A stretch of 64,000 nt of DNA from an uncultured Methylomirabilota bacterium (GTDB lineage: Bacteria > Methylomirabilota > Methylomirabilia > Methylomirabilales > 2-02-FULL-66-22). The position numbers and the translations under genes were made by a program. The notes under the pieces are model-generated. The model saw only the letters and a list, made by a program, of their open reading frames with translations. It was not told the origin of the DNA and did no database searches. Positions within the stretch are counted from its first letter, which is position 1. Each line of letters begins with the position of its first letter. The DNA lies in contig OY970067.1 of the NCBI GenBank assembly GCA_963705305.1, forward strand, positions 2,624,001 to 2,688,000. The letters run 5' to 3'. Shown in pieces: positions 1-10,378 of this stretch.

Positions 1-851
1 ACGCCATCAACCAGATGCGGATGGGGGGAGAAGAAATCCAGCTCTGGGATGAGGACGACGGCTTCTTCTACGATGTCCTCCACCTGCCCGACGGACGTCT
101 CGAGCCGCTCAAGGTCCGCTCCATCGTGGGGCTCGCGCCGCTGTTTGCCGTCGAGACCGTCGAGCCGGACGTCAAGACCCACCTGCCGAAATTCCACCGG
201 CGCATGATGTGGTTCATCCGCAATCGCCCGCTCTTGGTGGGCCACATCATCCCCCAGAAGCTGCCGGGCGGGGGGACGAGGCGGTTGCTCTCCCTGGTGA
301 CGGGGGATCGTCTGCAGCGCGTCCTCGGCTACCTGCTGGACGAGGCCGAGTTCCTTTCCCCCCACGGAATCCGCGCCCTCTCCCGCTACCACCGGGACCA
401 TCCCTATGTCTTCTCCGCCAACGGGAAGGAGTATCGGGTGGACTACGAGCCGGCGGAGTCCATCAGCGGGCTCTTCGGTGGAAATTCCAACTGGCGCGGC
501 CCGGTCTGGTTTCCCGCGAACTTCCTGATGATCGAGTCGCTGCAGAAGTTCGGCCACTTCTACGGAGATCAATTCCGGGTCGAGTACCCCACCGGCTCGG
601 GCACGCGCCTGCGCCTCTGGGATGTTGGCACCGAGCTGTCGCGCCGGCTGACGCGCCTGTTCCTGCGCGGCCCCGACGGACGGCGACCGGTCTACGGCGG
701 AACGCACAAGTTCCAGACCGATCCTCACTGGCGGGACCTGATACTCTTCTACGAGTACTTCCACGGGGACAACGGCGCCGGAATCGGAGCCAGCCATCAG
801 ACCGGTTGGACCGCCCTCGTGGCCAAGCTCCTCCAGCAGAGCGGCGAGTGA
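1..851 (+). CDS. GH63/MGH1-like glucosidase, C-terminal part (truncated by window edge)
   Basis: Motifs [47 protein letters not shown] typical of mannosyl-oligosaccharide glucosidase-like proteins. Confidence 0.85.
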   Translation, partial: AINQMRMGGEEIQLWDEDDGFFYDVLHLPDGRLEPLKVRSIVGLAPLFAVETVEPDVKTHLPKFHRRMMWFIRNRPLLVGHIIPQKLPGGGTRRLLSLVTGDRLQRVLGYLLDEAEFLSPHGIRALSRYHRDHPYVFSANGKEYRVDYEPAESISGLFGGNSNWRGPVWFPANFLMIESLQKFGHFYGDQFRVEYPTGSGTRLRLWDVGTELSRRLTRLFLRGPDGRRPVYGGTHKFQTDPHWRDLILFYEYFHGDNGAGIGASHQTGWTALVAKLLQQSGE

Positions 852-2917
852 CGGCGAGGTGCCGGGTGATCCCGACGAACGAGGTCTCGCCGGATCCGAG
901 ACCCGCGCTCGGCGTGTCCGCCCCCGTGGACTTCGGGCGGGAGATCTGCGGCATTCTCCCGGCGGCCGAGTCGCGCGAGTGGCTGTGCACCAACGGGCTG
1001 GGAGGCTTCGCCTCGGGAACGGTGGCGGGTCTCCTGACGCGGCGGTACCACGGCATCCTGACGGCCGCCCTCCGGCCGCCCCTGGGGCGGACCCTCCTAG
1101 TCGCCAAGGTGGAGGAGCAGGTACGGTACGCCGGCCTCGTCCAACCGCTGTCCAGTAACCGCTGGGCGGACGGCACGGTGGATCCGCACGGCTATCAGGC
1201 CATCGAAAGTTTTCGGCTGGAGGGCACCTGTCCCGTCTGGATCTACGCCTGTGGCGATGCGCTCCTGGAAAAGCGGATCTGGATGGAGCAGGGCGCCAAC
1301 ACAACCTACGTCCGGTATCGGCTACTGCGGGGCCGGGAGCCGGCCGAACTGGAGCTGAAGGTCCTGGTGAACTACCGCGAGTTCCACGGCGCCACACGGG
1401 GTGCCGGCTGGCGGATGGGCGTGGACCCGGTTCCGGGCGGCCTGCGGGTGCGGGCCTTCGAGCAGGCCCGGCCCCTGCTGCTTCTGGCCGAGCAGGCCGA
1501 TGTCCAGCCCGCCCACGAGTGGTATGTGGGGTTCGACCTGGCCGCCGAGCGGGCGCGGGGGTTGGAGGCGTGCGAGGACCATCTCCATGTCGGGACGTTC
1601 CGTGCGCGGCTCGCGCCGGACCGGCCGCTCACCCTGGTCTGCTCGGCCGAGGAGTCGGCTCCGGAGGCGGCGGAGGCCTGGGAGCGACACCAGCGGTACG
1701 AGGCGAGCCTCCTGGCCGCCTGGCGCATGGCCTCGCCGACGGCGCGGCAGGCGCCGGAGTGGGTCCGACAGTTGGTGCTGGCCGCTGATCAATTCGTGGT
1801 GGGCCGTCCCCTCCCCGAAGAGCCGCACGGGCTGTCCATTATCGCCGGCTATCCCTGGTTCGGCGACTGGGGCCGGGACACGATGATCAGCCTGCCCGGG
1901 CTCCTGCTCGCCACCGGCCGCGCCCCCGACGCCCGCCGGATCCTGACCACCTTCGCCCCTTTCGTGGACCAGGGGATGCTCCCCAATCGCTTCCCCGAGG
2001 CCGGCCAGCCTCCGGAGTACACCTCCGTCGATGCCGCGCTCTGGTATTTCCAGGCCATCCGGGCCTACTATCAGGCGACGGGTGACGACGCCCTCCTGGC
2101 AACGCTCCGGCCGGTGCTGGATGAGATCCTGCACCGGTATCTTGCCGGCACCCGCTACGGCATCGGCGTGGATTCCGCCGATGGGCTGCTCCGCGCCGGG
2201 GAGCCCGGCGTCCAGCTCACCTGGATGGACGCCAAGATCGGGGACTGGGTGGTGACCCCCCGGACCGGCAAGGCGGTGGAGATCAACGCCCTCTGGTATA
2301 ATGCGCTGCGGGTCATGGCGGCGTGTGACCGATGTCTCGGCCGCCCGGCGGAGGAGTGGGAGGGCGCGGCCGAGCGCGTGCGGGCCGGCTTCGAGCGGTT
2401 CTGGGACGAAGCCGGCGCGTTCTGCTACGATGTGATCGACGGGCCAGACGGGGTCGATGCCGCGCTGCGGCCGAATCAGATTCTGGCCGTTTCGCTCCCG
2501 GACAGCCCCCTGCCGCCGGACCGGCAGCGCCGGATCGTGGAGGCCTGTGCGAGCCACCTGCTGACGAGCTTCGGCCTCCGGAGCCTGGGCCCGACGCATC
2601 CGAGCTACCGCGGCCGGTACGCGGGCGGTCCGCGGGAGCGGGACAGCGCCTACCATCAGGGTCCTGCCTGGGGGTGGCTGCTGGGCCCGTTCGCGCTGGC
2701 CCACTTCAGGGTGTACAGGGATCCCGAGGCCGCCCTGGCTTTTCTGGCGCCGCTGACCCATCACCTCGCCGACTACGGCCTCGGGAGCGTCGCCGAGCTC
2801 TTCGACGGCGATCCTCCTTTCCTGCCGCGCGGGTGCGTCGCCCAGGCCTGGAGCGTCGGGGAGGCCCTCCGGGCCTGGACGGCGATTGCGGGCGAGCGGC
2901 GCGAAGGCGGGAGTTGA
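848..2917 (+). CDS. Glycogen debranching enzyme (amylo-alpha-1,6-glucosidase family)
   Basis: [56 protein letters not shown] at 848 overlaps the upstream TGA (start inferred). Confidence 0.9.
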   Translation: MTARCRVIPTNEVSPDPRPALGVSAPVDFGREICGILPAAESREWLCTNGLGGFASGTVAGLLTRRYHGILTAALRPPLGRTLLVAKVEEQVRYAGLVQPLSSNRWADGTVDPHGYQAIESFRLEGTCPVWIYACGDALLEKRIWMEQGANTTYVRYRLLRGREPAELELKVLVNYREFHGATRGAGWRMGVDPVPGGLRVRAFEQARPLLLLAEQADVQPAHEWYVGFDLAAERARGLEACEDHLHVGTFRARLAPDRPLTLVCSAEESAPEAAEAWERHQRYEASLLAAWRMASPTARQAPEWVRQLVLAADQFVVGRPLPEEPHGLSIIAGYPWFGDWGRDTMISLPGLLLATGRAPDARRILTTFAPFVDQGMLPNRFPEAGQPPEYTSVDAALWYFQAIRAYYQATGDDALLATLRPVLDEILHRYLAGTRYGIGVDSADGLLRAGEPGVQLTWMDAKIGDWVVTPRTGKAVEINALWYNALRVMAACDRCLGRPAEEWEGAAERVRAGFERFWDEAGAFCYDVIDGPDGVDAALRPNQILAVSLPDSPLPPDRQRRIVEACASHLLTSFGLRSLGPTHPSYRGRYAGGPRERDSAYHQGPAWGWLLGPFALAHFRVYRDPEAALAFLAPLTHHLADYGLGSVAELFDGDPPFLPRGCVAQAWSVGEALRAWTAIAGERREGGS

Positions 2918-2961
2918 GGAGCGGCCGGGGGGGATGGGCCGGCCAGCAGAGGAACGAGACC

Positions 2962-3900
2962 ATGACAGTTCTGGGGATTGACGTTGGCGGAACCAAACTG
3001 GCGGCGGGTGTCGTGGATGCGGATGGGCGCGTCCTGGCTCGGGAGCAGACTCCCACCGAGGCAGGCAAGGGGCCGGCGCACGTGCTCGACCGGATCGTCC
3101 GGCTGGGCCGCGTTCTCCTGTCGCGCCGGGAGGTTCTCGCGTCCGATATCCGGCGCGTGGGCATCGGCTGCGCCGGACCGGTGGATCGCCGGGCCGGCCT
3201 GGTGTTCAACCCGCCGAACCTGCCGGGGTGGGTGCGGGTCCCTTTGGTCGACCATGTGGCGCGGGCCCTAGGCCTTTCCGCCGTTCTGGACAACGACGCC
3301 AATGCCGCCGCCCTGGGAGAGTCCCGGTACGGGGCGGGCCGCGGTGCGGAGAGCATGGTCTACATCACGGTGAGCACCGGGATCGGGGGCGGGGTCGTCC
3401 TCAACGGGCGGCTCTGGCATGGACTGGGGGACGGCGCCGGGGAGGTGGGGCACATGACGCTCGAGCCGGGCGGACCCCTCTGCGGCTGTGGGAACCGCGG
3501 GTGCCTGGAAGCCCTGGCCTCGGGGACAGCCATCGCCCGCCGGGCGCGCGCCCTGTTGGCGGCAGGCCGCCAGAGCCGGCTGCGCGACATGCCGGCCTTC
3601 ACCGCGGCCGAGGTGGTGGCGCTGGCCGCGGCAGGGGACGCCCTCGCGCGCGAGGTCTGGGAGGGGGCGGTCGGCTGGCTTGCCCTGGGGGTGGGTGCCC
3701 TCATCACGATCCTGGCCCCGGAGCGGATCATCATCGGGGGAGGGGTGGCCAAGGCGGGCACGCTGCTCTTCGAGCCCCTGCGGCGCCAGGTGCGCGAACG
3801 GGTCAAGCTCGTCCAGGCGGAGAAGGTGCAGATCCTTCCGACGGCCCTGGGGGATGACGTTGGCGTCCTGGGCGCCGCGGCGCTGGCCCTGCAGGAGTGA
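2962..3900 (+). CDS. ROK family sugar kinase (glucokinase-like)
   Basis: GIDVGGTK, NDANAAALGE, GEVGH and CGCGNRGCLE motifs; ATG at 2962. Confidence 0.92.
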   Translation: MTVLGIDVGGTKLAAGVVDADGRVLAREQTPTEAGKGPAHVLDRIVRLGRVLLSRREVLASDIRRVGIGCAGPVDRRAGLVFNPPNLPGWVRVPLVDHVARALGLSAVLDNDANAAALGESRYGAGRGAESMVYITVSTGIGGGVVLNGRLWHGLGDGAGEVGHMTLEPGGPLCGCGNRGCLEALASGTAIARRARALLAAGRQSRLRDMPAFTAAEVVALAAAGDALAREVWEGAVGWLALGVGALITILAPERIIIGGGVAKAGTLLFEPLRRQVRERVKLVQAEKVQILPTALGDDVGVLGAAALALQE

Positions 3901-4094
3901 ACCGCGCGATCCGCTCGAATCCGCCCGCCTCGACGGCGCCAGCCTCAGCCCTGCGGGACCTGTTCGCCCCCCGTTCCGAGCTCAGCTCTTCCATTGTGCG
4001 CTCCGTCGACGCGGCCTCCGACAGCTTTTCCGATTGCCATCGCCTGGATGGTCGGGCATACTACACCGGGAGGGTTGCTCTGCTCCGAACACGT

Positions 4095-5144
4095 ATGCGA
4101 AAGTCTCTGCACAATTCCAATGCTGGCTCACCGCCTGATCCCGATCGGACGCGACGCAGGCTCCTAGCGCTAGGGATCCTCAGCGCCGGCGTGGTGGGGC
4201 TGTCGCGGCGGGCGGGGGCCCAGTCCTTCGACTCCTCGCCGGTGGGACGGACGTTGCGCTCCGTCCGGATTTGGTGGGGGAACCTGAACCGCGAGCCCGA
4301 CCCGGGTGACTGGGAGGCCTGGGACTTCGGCCGGTTCGTATCCACCGACCGGCCCCAACCCCGGAGGTGGTCGAGCGGGGGCATCACCCTGACCTGGATC
4401 GGCCATTCCACCTTTCTGATCAACCTGGAGGGCACCACGATCCTGACCGATCCGGTCTTCAGCCAGTGGATCGGGGTCAGCCTGCCGGGCCTGCCCACAC
4501 TGGGCCTCCGGCGCTTCGTCCCCCCGGCCCTCCAGATCCGCGACCTTCCGCCGATCGACCTCATCCTCGTGTCACATGCCCACATGGACCACTACGACAT
4601 TCCGTCGTTGCGCCGACTCCCGCGAGATGTGCCCATCATCATGGCCCGCGATACGCGGGAGTTCATCGAGGGGCTGGGGTATCGTCACCTCCAGGAGCTG
4701 GACTGGGGGCAGACGGCAGAGGTGGGAGGCGTGCGCATCGAGGCGCTGCCGGTGAAGCACTGGGGGCGCCGCTATCCGTGGGATCGGGATCGGGGGTACA
4801 ACGGATTCCTCCTGACCAGGCACAAGCGCAGCATCCTCTTTGCCGGCGATACGGCGTATACCGAGCGGCTCCCTGCGGCGATTCGAGGGCGGCGGGTCGA
4901 CGTGGCCCTCTTGCCCATCGGCGGGTACGATCCGTATATCCACAGCCACGCCAGTCCCGAACAGGCTTGGGAGCTGTTCCACGCCGTGGGGGCCCGCTAC
5001 CTCGTCCCTATGCACTGGCGCACGTTCCGCCTCTCGCACGAGCGGCCGTTCGAGCCGCTCCAGCGCCTGGTCACGGCGGCAAACGGCACAGCGCCTCGAC
5101 TGGCCCTCCGCGACATCGGCGCCACCTGGCGCCTGCCGGCCTGA
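4095..5144 (+). CDS. MBL-fold metallo-hydrolase (NAPE-PLD-like), probable Tat signal
   Basis: TWIGHST, TDPVFS, SHAHMDH, FAGDT, PMHW motifs; TRRRLLALG...AGAQ twin-arginine-like leader; start uncertain (3897 or 4095). Confidence 0.8.
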   Translation: MRKSLHNSNAGSPPDPDRTRRRLLALGILSAGVVGLSRRAGAQSFDSSPVGRTLRSVRIWWGNLNREPDPGDWEAWDFGRFVSTDRPQPRRWSSGGITLTWIGHSTFLINLEGTTILTDPVFSQWIGVSLPGLPTLGLRRFVPPALQIRDLPPIDLILVSHAHMDHYDIPSLRRLPRDVPIIMARDTREFIEGLGYRHLQELDWGQTAEVGGVRIEALPVKHWGRRYPWDRDRGYNGFLLTRHKRSILFAGDTAYTERLPAAIRGRRVDVALLPIGGYDPYIHSHASPEQAWELFHAVGARYLVPMHWRTFRLSHERPFEPLQRLVTAANGTAPRLALRDIGATWRLPA

Positions 5145-5207
5145 TCCTCCCGCCGCGGGTGTCCGGGAGGTGTCCCTCCCTCCGGTCCCTGTGAGTGCTG
5201 TTCCCCT

Positions 5208-5236
5208 TTGACAAACGCTGCGCGTGGCAATATAGT
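5208..5236 (+). promoter_or_regulatory. sigma70-type promoter
   Basis: TTGACA-N17-TATAGT. Confidence 0.75.
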
Positions 5237-5502
5237 GCGCTAACTGCAGTGGGTCAGGCGCCTTCCGGGATCGCAGCAGACGGGAGGCGGGTTCCCTCCG
5301 GTCCTGACCGGGGGGTCGGATGAGCCAACGCCGCTTCTCCGCGGTGGCGGCCAGTACTCGATCAAAATTTTTTCGGAATTCGCCCTGAGGCGTGCGGGCG
5401 GACATCTTTGCACTCGGGGACATTCGGAAACCCTGCCGCCTGGGATCGCGTCCTGTCACCGCTCGGCGCCCCGGAGGAGGCGGGCGGGGCGAGGGAGGAG
5501 CC

Positions 5503-6090
5503 GTGAGCGATTACGTGTGTCGATTTTGCGGGCACGTCGTCCGCGGGCGGGCACGGCCTCCGGCCTATTGTCCGAAGTGCAATCTGACCTTCTTCGTCCA
5601 GCTCCACGCGAGCACGGAAGTAGGGGTGCCTCCGCCCCCCAGCCCGTCCCCGGCCGCTCCCCCGTCGCAGCCCGAGACCGCCGAGTCGGTGAGCCAGGAG
5701 CCGATGGATGACAGCCAGCTCAGGCGACTGCTCTCAAGTCCGACCGTCAAAGCCTCCCGCAAAGAGCGCCGCGCCGCCCGCCGCGTTCAGCCCTCCCCGC
5801 CCCTAGAGCTGCTGCTGCCCCGCCACGTGCCCATCCCGGTGCTGGATATCAGCACGATGGGCGTTCTCATCGAGCACGAAAGCGCCTTCCGATTCGGAGA
5901 AACCTTCGACGCCGAGTTTCGCCGGGCCGGTCGAAAGGTGTCGCTGCGCGCGGAGGTCGTTCGCAGCGCCGTCAGCCTCGTCAAGAGCAGCAGCGGCTCT
6001 GCGATCCGTTATCGCACCGCCTTCAAGTTTCTGGATCCACCCCTCCCCGTGCTGCTGGCCCTGCTCCCCGAGCTTCCCGGGAAAGACTAG
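5503..6090 (+). CDS. Zn-ribbon (rubredoxin-like) plus PilZ domain protein
   Basis: GGAGGAG RBS before GTG; N-terminal CRFC...CPKC; Pro-rich linker; ERRAARR (RxxxR) and DISTMG (DxSxxG) PilZ signatures. Confidence 0.72.
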   Translation: MSDYVCRFCGHVVRGRARPPAYCPKCNLTFFVQLHASTEVGVPPPPSPSPAAPPSQPETAESVSQEPMDDSQLRRLLSSPTVKASRKERRAARRVQPSPPLELLLPRHVPIPVLDISTMGVLIEHESAFRFGETFDAEFRRAGRKVSLRAEVVRSAVSLVKSSSGSAIRYRTAFKFLDPPLPVLLALLPELPGKD

Positions 6091-6323
6091 GGCCCCGCCT
6101 CCCGGCAACCATGGACGAGCAGATTTCGCCGCTGGGGGCGGCCGGTCGCGTCGCCCCGCCGCGAGAGATCAGCCGCGCATCGCCGCGACCAGGAGTCCCG
6201 GTCCGACCGCGACGAGAGCCGAGGCGGTAACCCGCCGTTCTCCAAAGGGCTCGCCAAGCACGCGCCATCCCAGCTTGAGCGCTCGGAAATTTCGCTTGAC
6301 GTTGTCCTGGCACCTGCGATAAA

Positions 6324-6340
6324 AATGTCGACATTCGACA
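6324..6340. promoter_or_regulatory. Putative GntR operator next to promoter
   Basis: 12-bp perfect palindrome AATGTCGACATT plus tandem TCGACA repeat, downstream of TTGACG (6296) and upstream of the GntR gene. Confidence 0.55.
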
Positions 6341-6371
6341 ATATGCTTTCGCCCGCCGGGCAGAGATCTCG

Positions 6372-7166
6372 ATGCCGCGCGATACGCGAAGCCGCATGCC
6401 TCCATTCCGAGCCCCGCTGCTTGACGGCGTCACCCCCGTGGCCTACCGGACCATCGCCGAGCAGGTGGCCCACCATATCCGCCGGGCCATTGCCGAGGGA
6501 AAGATCCGTCCCGGTGAGCGCCTGCTGGAGGTCGCCACGGCCCGTCAGATGAAAACGAGCCGGGCTCCGATCCGTGAGGCCCTGGCCCAACTGCAGCGGG
6601 AGGGGCTGGTGGTCAAGACGCCCAACCGGGGCGCTCGGGTCGTGGAGCTGACCGAAGACATGGTGCGGGGCGTGGCGAGCCTGCGGGGGGTGCTGGAAGG
6701 TTTCGCGGCCTACCTGGCTGTCGACCAGCTGGCCCCCGCGGATTACGCGGCGCTGCAGGCCATCGTGACCGAGATGGAGCGGGCGGCGCGCCGGGAGGCC
6801 TTCGCAGAGGTCATCGAGCTGGATTACGAGTTCCACGCCTTCATCTGCCGAGCCTCCGGGCATTCGATCCTTTACGATGTCTGGTCTGGAATGGACGGCA
6901 AGGTGCGCCTGTTCCTGTCGGCCACCAACCTCATGTACCGGGACATGAAGGCCATCGTGCGGGGCCACCAGGAGATCCTGGACGCGCTGCGCCGCCGGGA
7001 CAAGGCCCGAGCCAGCCGGGTGATGGGCGATCACCTGGGAGAGGTCGTCGGTCTCTTCTTGACCAAGGTGATTCAAGGGCGGCCCGCACGGCGGGCAAGC
7101 CGTTCCCCGTCGGCCCGGCACGTCCGGCGAGCCGGGAGCTTGGCGGCCAAGCGTCGCGGCCGCTGA
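6372..7166 (+). CDS. GntR family (FadR/FCD) transcriptional regulator
   Basis: IRRAIAEGKIRPGERL, SRAPIREALAQLQREGLV wHTH; DYEFH FCD motif; start uncertain. Confidence 0.9.
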   Translation: MPRDTRSRMPPFRAPLLDGVTPVAYRTIAEQVAHHIRRAIAEGKIRPGERLLEVATARQMKTSRAPIREALAQLQREGLVVKTPNRGARVVELTEDMVRGVASLRGVLEGFAAYLAVDQLAPADYAALQAIVTEMERAARREAFAEVIELDYEFHAFICRASGHSILYDVWSGMDGKVRLFLSATNLMYRDMKAIVRGHQEILDALRRRDKARASRVMGDHLGEVVGLFLTKVIQGRPARRASRSPSARHVRRAGSLAAKRRGR

Positions 7167-7324
7167 CCCGCGGCTGGGGGATGGGGGCGGCGATGGGGGG
7201 GCGCAGTCTCGATGGGAAGGACAGCCAGCGCGACCGGGGTGGGGACCCGAAGGTCTCGCCGGTCGGATCGCGCAACATCGGCGTCGCATCCCGTGATGCC
7301 GCACAGACGAGAGGAGGGCAGGCG

Positions 7325-8137
7325 ATGAACAGGCGCAGCTTCTGGTTGGGGTTGTTCGGGATTGCCGTGCTGCTCGCCAGCGTGGCCTGGACCGTGCCGG
7401 CCACGGCCGCGGAAGAGCAGGATACCCTGAACACGATCATCAAGCGCGGGGAGCTGATCGTCGGCACATTCGACTTCTTCCCGCCCTGGGGGTTCCGGGA
7501 CGCCCAGAACAACATTGTGGGAATGGACCCGGAGATCGCCAAAGACTTGGCCGACGTGTTGAAGGTCAAGCTCACCCTGGTCCCCGTGCCCACCACCCAG
7601 GACCGGATCAACTTCCTGCTGTCCGGCAAGATCGACGTGGCCATCTCGAACTTCACGGCGACCCTGGAGCGATCCAAGGCCATCACGTTCACCGATCCCT
7701 ACGTCATCGACGGGATTGGCGCCATCTTCCGCAAGGACGCCAAGATCAAGGATTGGAAGGATCTGAATGGAAAGCGTGTAGCCGTCACAACGGGGTCCAC
7801 GGGAGAGATCCTAGTGAAGCAGGAGGCTCCCAAGGCGAACATCCTGCGCTTTGACCAAGCCTCCACGGCCCTCCTGGCGGTCCAGCAGGGGAAGGCAGAC
7901 GCCCAGGTCGAGGATTACACGTACACGGTTTACCACGCCGGTCGCGAGAAGAGCCTGGCCTACCTCAACAAGCCGTTGTCCTTCCAGCCGTACTGCTTTG
8001 GCGTCCGGAAGTTCGATCAGGAGTGGCTGAATTACCTCAACTTCTACATCTACCGCCTGCAGCAGAGCGGCCAGATGAAGGAGCTCTACAAGAAGTATTT
8101 CGGAGCTGAGCCCTTCCGCGTCTCGCCGACCTGGTAG
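7325..8137 (+). CDS. Polar amino acid ABC transporter substrate-binding protein
   Basis: Signal peptide; RGELIVGT..FPPWGF, LLSGKID, TLERSKAITFTDPY; RBS GAGGAGG. Confidence 0.92.
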   Translation: MNRRSFWLGLFGIAVLLASVAWTVPATAAEEQDTLNTIIKRGELIVGTFDFFPPWGFRDAQNNIVGMDPEIAKDLADVLKVKLTLVPVPTTQDRINFLLSGKIDVAISNFTATLERSKAITFTDPYVIDGIGAIFRKDAKIKDWKDLNGKRVAVTTGSTGEILVKQEAPKANILRFDQASTALLAVQQGKADAQVEDYTYTVYHAGREKSLAYLNKPLSFQPYCFGVRKFDQEWLNYLNFYIYRLQQSGQMKELYKKYFGAEPFRVSPTW

Positions 8138-8153
8138 CCGGCTCCCGGGAGGA

Positions 8154-8181
8154 CGCCCCCGGCCTGTCCCGGCCGGGGGCG
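8154..8181 (+). terminator. Stem-loop after the SBP gene (mRNA stabiliser or partial terminator)
   Basis: CGCCCCCGGCC-N6-GGCCGGGGGCG perfect 11-bp stem; no U-tract. Confidence 0.45.
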
Positions 8182-8230
8182 ATACTCCACGGGGCGGTGT
8201 ACCGTTGCGAACTGAGAGGTTGGCCGCCGT

Positions 8231-8899
8231 ATGCACGGATACGTCTTCCAGTTCCGTCCAGTCTTCCAGGAGCTGCCCCTGCTGCTCAACGGGGCCCTGG
8301 TGACACTCCACATCTCTTTCTTGACGCTCGTCTTCAGCTTGGGGGTGGGGACCGCCGGCGCGCTGTGCCGGCTCTCGCGCTTTCGCTGGCTTCGCGTGCC
8401 GGCTGCCTGGTACGTGGAGTTCATCCGCAATACCCCCTTGCTCGTCCAGCTCTTTTTCATCTATTTCGGCCTGAGCCAGATCGACATCCAGGTTCCCAAC
8501 TACACGGCGGGGCTCATCGGGCTGGTGGTGAACAACGGGGCCTATCTCACGGAGATCGTCCGGGCGGGCATCGAGGCCATCCACAAGGGCCAGTTCGAGG
8601 CCGGGCTGTCCCTCGGGTTGAGCTATCCCCAGCTGATGCGCTACGTGGTCTTCCCGCAGGCCTTTCGAGTCATCTACCCGCCCATGTGCAACCAGCTCAT
8701 CGGCATCATCCTCTGGTCCTCGCTGGTGTCCACCATCTCGGTCGAGGATTTGGCGCTGCGCGGGAAGGAGCTGGCGTCGACCACGTTTCGCTCCTTCGAG
8801 ACGTATCTGGTCGTGACACTGATCTACGTCGTCATGACGCTCACCATCTCGGGGATCCTGAAGCTTATGGGGCGCCGGCTGTTCCGCCGCCCCGCTTAG
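8231..8899 (+). CDS. Amino acid ABC transporter permease
   Basis: YVEFIRNTPLLVQL, EIVRAGI, GQFEAGLSLG (EAA loop). Confidence 0.93.
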   Translation: MHGYVFQFRPVFQELPLLLNGALVTLHISFLTLVFSLGVGTAGALCRLSRFRWLRVPAAWYVEFIRNTPLLVQLFFIYFGLSQIDIQVPNYTAGLIGLVVNNGAYLTEIVRAGIEAIHKGQFEAGLSLGLSYPQLMRYVVFPQAFRVIYPPMCNQLIGIILWSSLVSTISVEDLALRGKELASTTFRSFETYLVVTLIYVVMTLTISGILKLMGRRLFRRPA

Positions 8900-8943
8900 C
8901 CCCGCCCCAGACGCGGGGACGCCACGAGGTTTCGCAGGCCGCC

Positions 8944-9606
8944 ATGCCACAGTACGTGCAAAATTCCCTCAACATCTACGATGCCATCCTCTTCCTACAG
9001 GGGCTCGGGAACACAGTCGCGCTCTGCGTGGCGGGCCTGGGGCTGGGGACGCTGATCGCCGTGGTCGTGGGCTTGGCCCGGGCCTCGCGGGTCCGCTGGC
9101 TCTGGGTGCCGGCGGCAGCCTACATCGAGGTGATTCGGGATTCCCCCCTGCTCATGCAGCTCTACCTGATCTTTTTCGCCCTCCCGCTGATGGGTCTGGA
9201 TGTGCCGATCTTCATGGCGGGGGTGGCCGCGCTGATGGTCAACTCCAGCGCCTTCATGGCGGAGATCGTCCGGGCGGGGATCCAGTCGGTGGGGAGGGAG
9301 CAGTGGGACGCGGCCCGCGGGCTGGGGATGGGGTATCTCCAGGCGATGCGCTGGGTGGTCCTGCCGCAGGCTGTCCGGGTAATGATTCCGCCGGGGGTGG
9401 GGCTGCTCATCGGTCTGATCAAAGATTCGTCCATCGTCTCCGTCCTCAGTTACCTGGAGCTCACCCGGGTGGGCCAGATCCTCATGGAGAAGACCTTCCT
9501 CTCGTTCCAGGTGTTCGGGATCGTGGCGGTGCTCTACTTCCTCCTGTGCTACCCGCTGTCGCGGCTGGCCCTGTATGCGGAACGGAGGTTGAAGGTCAGT
9601 GGTTAA
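8944..9606 (+). CDS. Amino acid ABC transporter permease
   Basis: [35 protein letters not shown] at 8944. Confidence 0.92.
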   Translation: MPQYVQNSLNIYDAILFLQGLGNTVALCVAGLGLGTLIAVVVGLARASRVRWLWVPAAAYIEVIRDSPLLMQLYLIFFALPLMGLDVPIFMAGVAALMVNSSAFMAEIVRAGIQSVGREQWDAARGLGMGYLQAMRWVVLPQAVRVMIPPGVGLLIGLIKDSSIVSVLSYLELTRVGQILMEKTFLSFQVFGIVAVLYFLLCYPLSRLALYAERRLKVSG

Positions 9607-10321
9607 GGTCAAGCAGGTCAACAAGTTTTTCGGACACCTCCACGTCCTCAAGGACATCAGCCTGGACGTGAGCCGGGGGGAGGTCGTGGTCATCATCGGG
9701 CCCAGCGGCTCGGGCAAGAGCACTCTGCTCCGCTGCCTGAACTATCTGGAGCCGGTGCAGTCGGGGGAGATCTGGATCGACGGCATCCGGCTGGATCACC
9801 ACAAGACCAACATCCGCCAGGTGCGCGCCGAGGTGGGCATCGTCTTCCAGTCGTTCAACCTCTTTCCGCACCTGACGGCCCTTCGCAACGTGATGCTGGC
9901 TCCCCTGGTGGTGCGCGGCCGCCCCGGGGCGGATGTGCGGAGAGAGGCGCTGGCCCTGCTGGCCAAGGTGGGGTTGCAGGATAAGACCGAGGCCTACCCG
10001 GCCCAGCTCTCGGGCGGGCAGCAGCAGCGGGTGGCCATCGCGCGGGCCCTGGCCATGCAGCCCAAGCTGATGCTCTTCGACGAGGTCACGTCGGCCCTGG
10101 ACCCGGAGTTGGTTCGGGAGGTCCTGGACGTCATGAAGCAGCTCGCCCGCGACGGGATGACAATGATCGTCGTCACCCACGAGATGAGCTTCGCGCGGGA
10201 AGTGGCGACCCGCGCGATCTTCATGGACGGGGGGCGGATCGTCGAGGAGGGGACGCCGCAGGCGATCTTCGACCACCCGCAGAACCAGCGGACGCAGGAG
10301 TTCCTGGGAAAGATCCTCTAG
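9599..10321 (+). CDS. Amino acid ABC transporter ATP-binding protein (GlnQ-like)
   Basis: [35 protein letters not shown]. Confidence 0.95.
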   Translation: MVKVKQVNKFFGHLHVLKDISLDVSRGEVVVIIGPSGSGKSTLLRCLNYLEPVQSGEIWIDGIRLDHHKTNIRQVRAEVGIVFQSFNLFPHLTALRNVMLAPLVVRGRPGADVRREALALLAKVGLQDKTEAYPAQLSGGQQQRVAIARALAMQPKLMLFDEVTSALDPELVREVLDVMKQLARDGMTMIVVTHEMSFAREVATRAIFMDGGRIVEEGTPQAIFDHPQNQRTQEFLGKIL

Positions 10322-10378
10322 TCCGGCTACGGGGCTCCGCCGCTATGCGGCGGCGGAGCGCGGCCAGGAGGGAGCACG

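Noticed and set aside
5252..5281. SRP RNA or c-di-GMP riboswitch
   Set aside because: GTCAGG...GCAGC resembles SRP helix 8 but the GNRA loop is absent; GEMM motifs were not found
9990..10085. Nucleotide similarity to the ATPase at 42382..43110 as an inversion substrate
   Set aside because: Explained by conserved ABC signature coding sequence in ordinary paralogues
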